The notes under the pieces: model-generated
What the model saw: only the letters and a program-made list of their open reading frames with translations
What the model was told of the DNA's origin: nothing
Databases searched by the model: none
Made by a program: the position numbers and the translations under genes
Virus record (IMG/VR): IMGVR_UViG_3300025778_000009
From: a virus
Taxonomy: Duplodnaviria; Heunggongvirae; Uroviricota; Caudoviricetes
DNA length: 64,000 nucleotides
Reading direction: 5' to 3' (one strand)
Shown here: one piece after another, positions 63,445-64,000 of the stretch
How positions within the stretch are numbered: position 1 is the first letter of the stretch
Layout: each line of letters starts with the position of its first letter

Positions 63445-63793
63445 AGATTTTTTGAAAGTAAGAGAGACTCTTTCCAGAATAGGTCTAGCTTCTAAAAAAG
63501 ATAATACTCTATATCAATCTTGCCATATTTTACATAAGCAAGGTAAATACTACATCGTACATTTTAAAGAATTATTTTTATTAGACGGTAAAGATTCTAC
63601 TATATCAGATGGTGATATAGCACGTAGAAACCGTATCATTCATTTATTAGATGAATGGGAATTAATAGAAGTAGCTGATTATAAGAAGATTGAAGAGCCA
63701 ATCTCCCCTCTTAGTCAGATAAAGATTATTCCATTTAAGGATAAAAATAAATGGAATCTAGTTACAAAATATACGATAGGGTCAAAATATTAA
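63389..63793 (+). CDS. regA: translational repressor RegA
   Basis: AEDFLKVRETLSRIGLASKKDNTLYQSCHILHKQGKYYIVHFKELF matches T4 RegA PEDFLKVKETLTRMGIANNKDKVLYQSCHILQKKGLYYIVHFKEM. Confidence 0.9.
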   Translation: MVIMFNINQLVEVRLKNAEDFLKVRETLSRIGLASKKDNTLYQSCHILHKQGKYYIVHFKELFLLDGKDSTISDGDIARRNRIIHLLDEWELIEVADYKKIEEPISPLSQIKIIPFKDKNKWNLVTKYTIGSKY

Positions 63794-63794
63794 T

Positions 63795-64000
63795 ATGTTA
63801 TCTTTTAATCAATTTATAACAGAATCATCCACACTTCATGTATTTGATGTGGATGATACTCTTGTTCATTCAAATGCAAAAGTGCATGTAAAAAACTCAG
63901 ATGGCAAAACAGTTCAAAAATTAAATACATCTGAGTATAATCATCATAAATTGCCTGCCGGTCATCATTATGACTATCATGAATTTAATAGTGCAGACGT
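63795..64000 (+). CDS. N-terminal fragment of a HAD-superfamily (DxDxT) hydrolase-like protein, truncated at the window end
   Basis: The ATG at 63795 follows the regA stop. LHVFDVDDTLVHS is HAD motif I. Confidence 0.4.
   Translation, partial: MLSFNQFITESSTLHVFDVDDTLVHSNAKVHVKNSDGKTVQKLNTSEYNHHKLPAGHHYDYHEFNSAD

Overview
AT-rich (about one-third GC by eye) segment of a T4-like myovirus genome. I recognised the T4 core gene order by reading the proteins, not by any search. From the left: a two-domain glycosyltransferase on the minus strand, divergent from a long array of collagen-like fiber genes with an unusual proline-free G-Y-T-G-S-x repeat. Then a receptor-binding fiber, a GH19 lysin, neck proteins gp13/14/15, terminase gp16/17, tail sheath gp18, tail tube gp19, portal gp20, prohead-core and internal proteins, prohead protease gp21, scaffold gp22 and major capsid protein gp23. 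A strong bidirectional terminator follows. Next comes a ~5 kb minus-strand accessory island containing a small protein with a twin-arginine (Tat) signal, a membrane protein, an SDR sugar epimerase/reductase and a SWIM zinc-finger protein. It is bounded by a 23-bp perfect inverted repeat. The plus-strand module that follows carries a tail-tube paralog, UvsY, UvsW, the late sigma factor gp55, gp47/gp46 (Mre11/Rad50-like), and later the sliding clamp gp45, clamp loader gp44/gp62 and RegA. A ~12.6 kb insertion sits between gp46 and gp45. It encodes a complete preQ0/preQ1 pathway (FolE, QueD, QueE, QueC, bimodular QueF), a zinc-less TGT-fold protein that looks like DpdA, and a minimal PurN-like formyltransferase. 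It also encodes an AsnB-type glutaminase directly after QueC, a flavodoxin-like FMN reductase, a second PP-loop ATPase, a cupin, peptide deformylase, HNH and PD-(D/E)xK nucleases, a dUTPase-family protein and a GT-A glycosyltransferase. This is the most interesting system in the window. It predicts 7-deazaguanine hypermodification of the phage DNA, possibly with a formylated preQ1 base. No tRNA, rRNA or CRISPR array was found.
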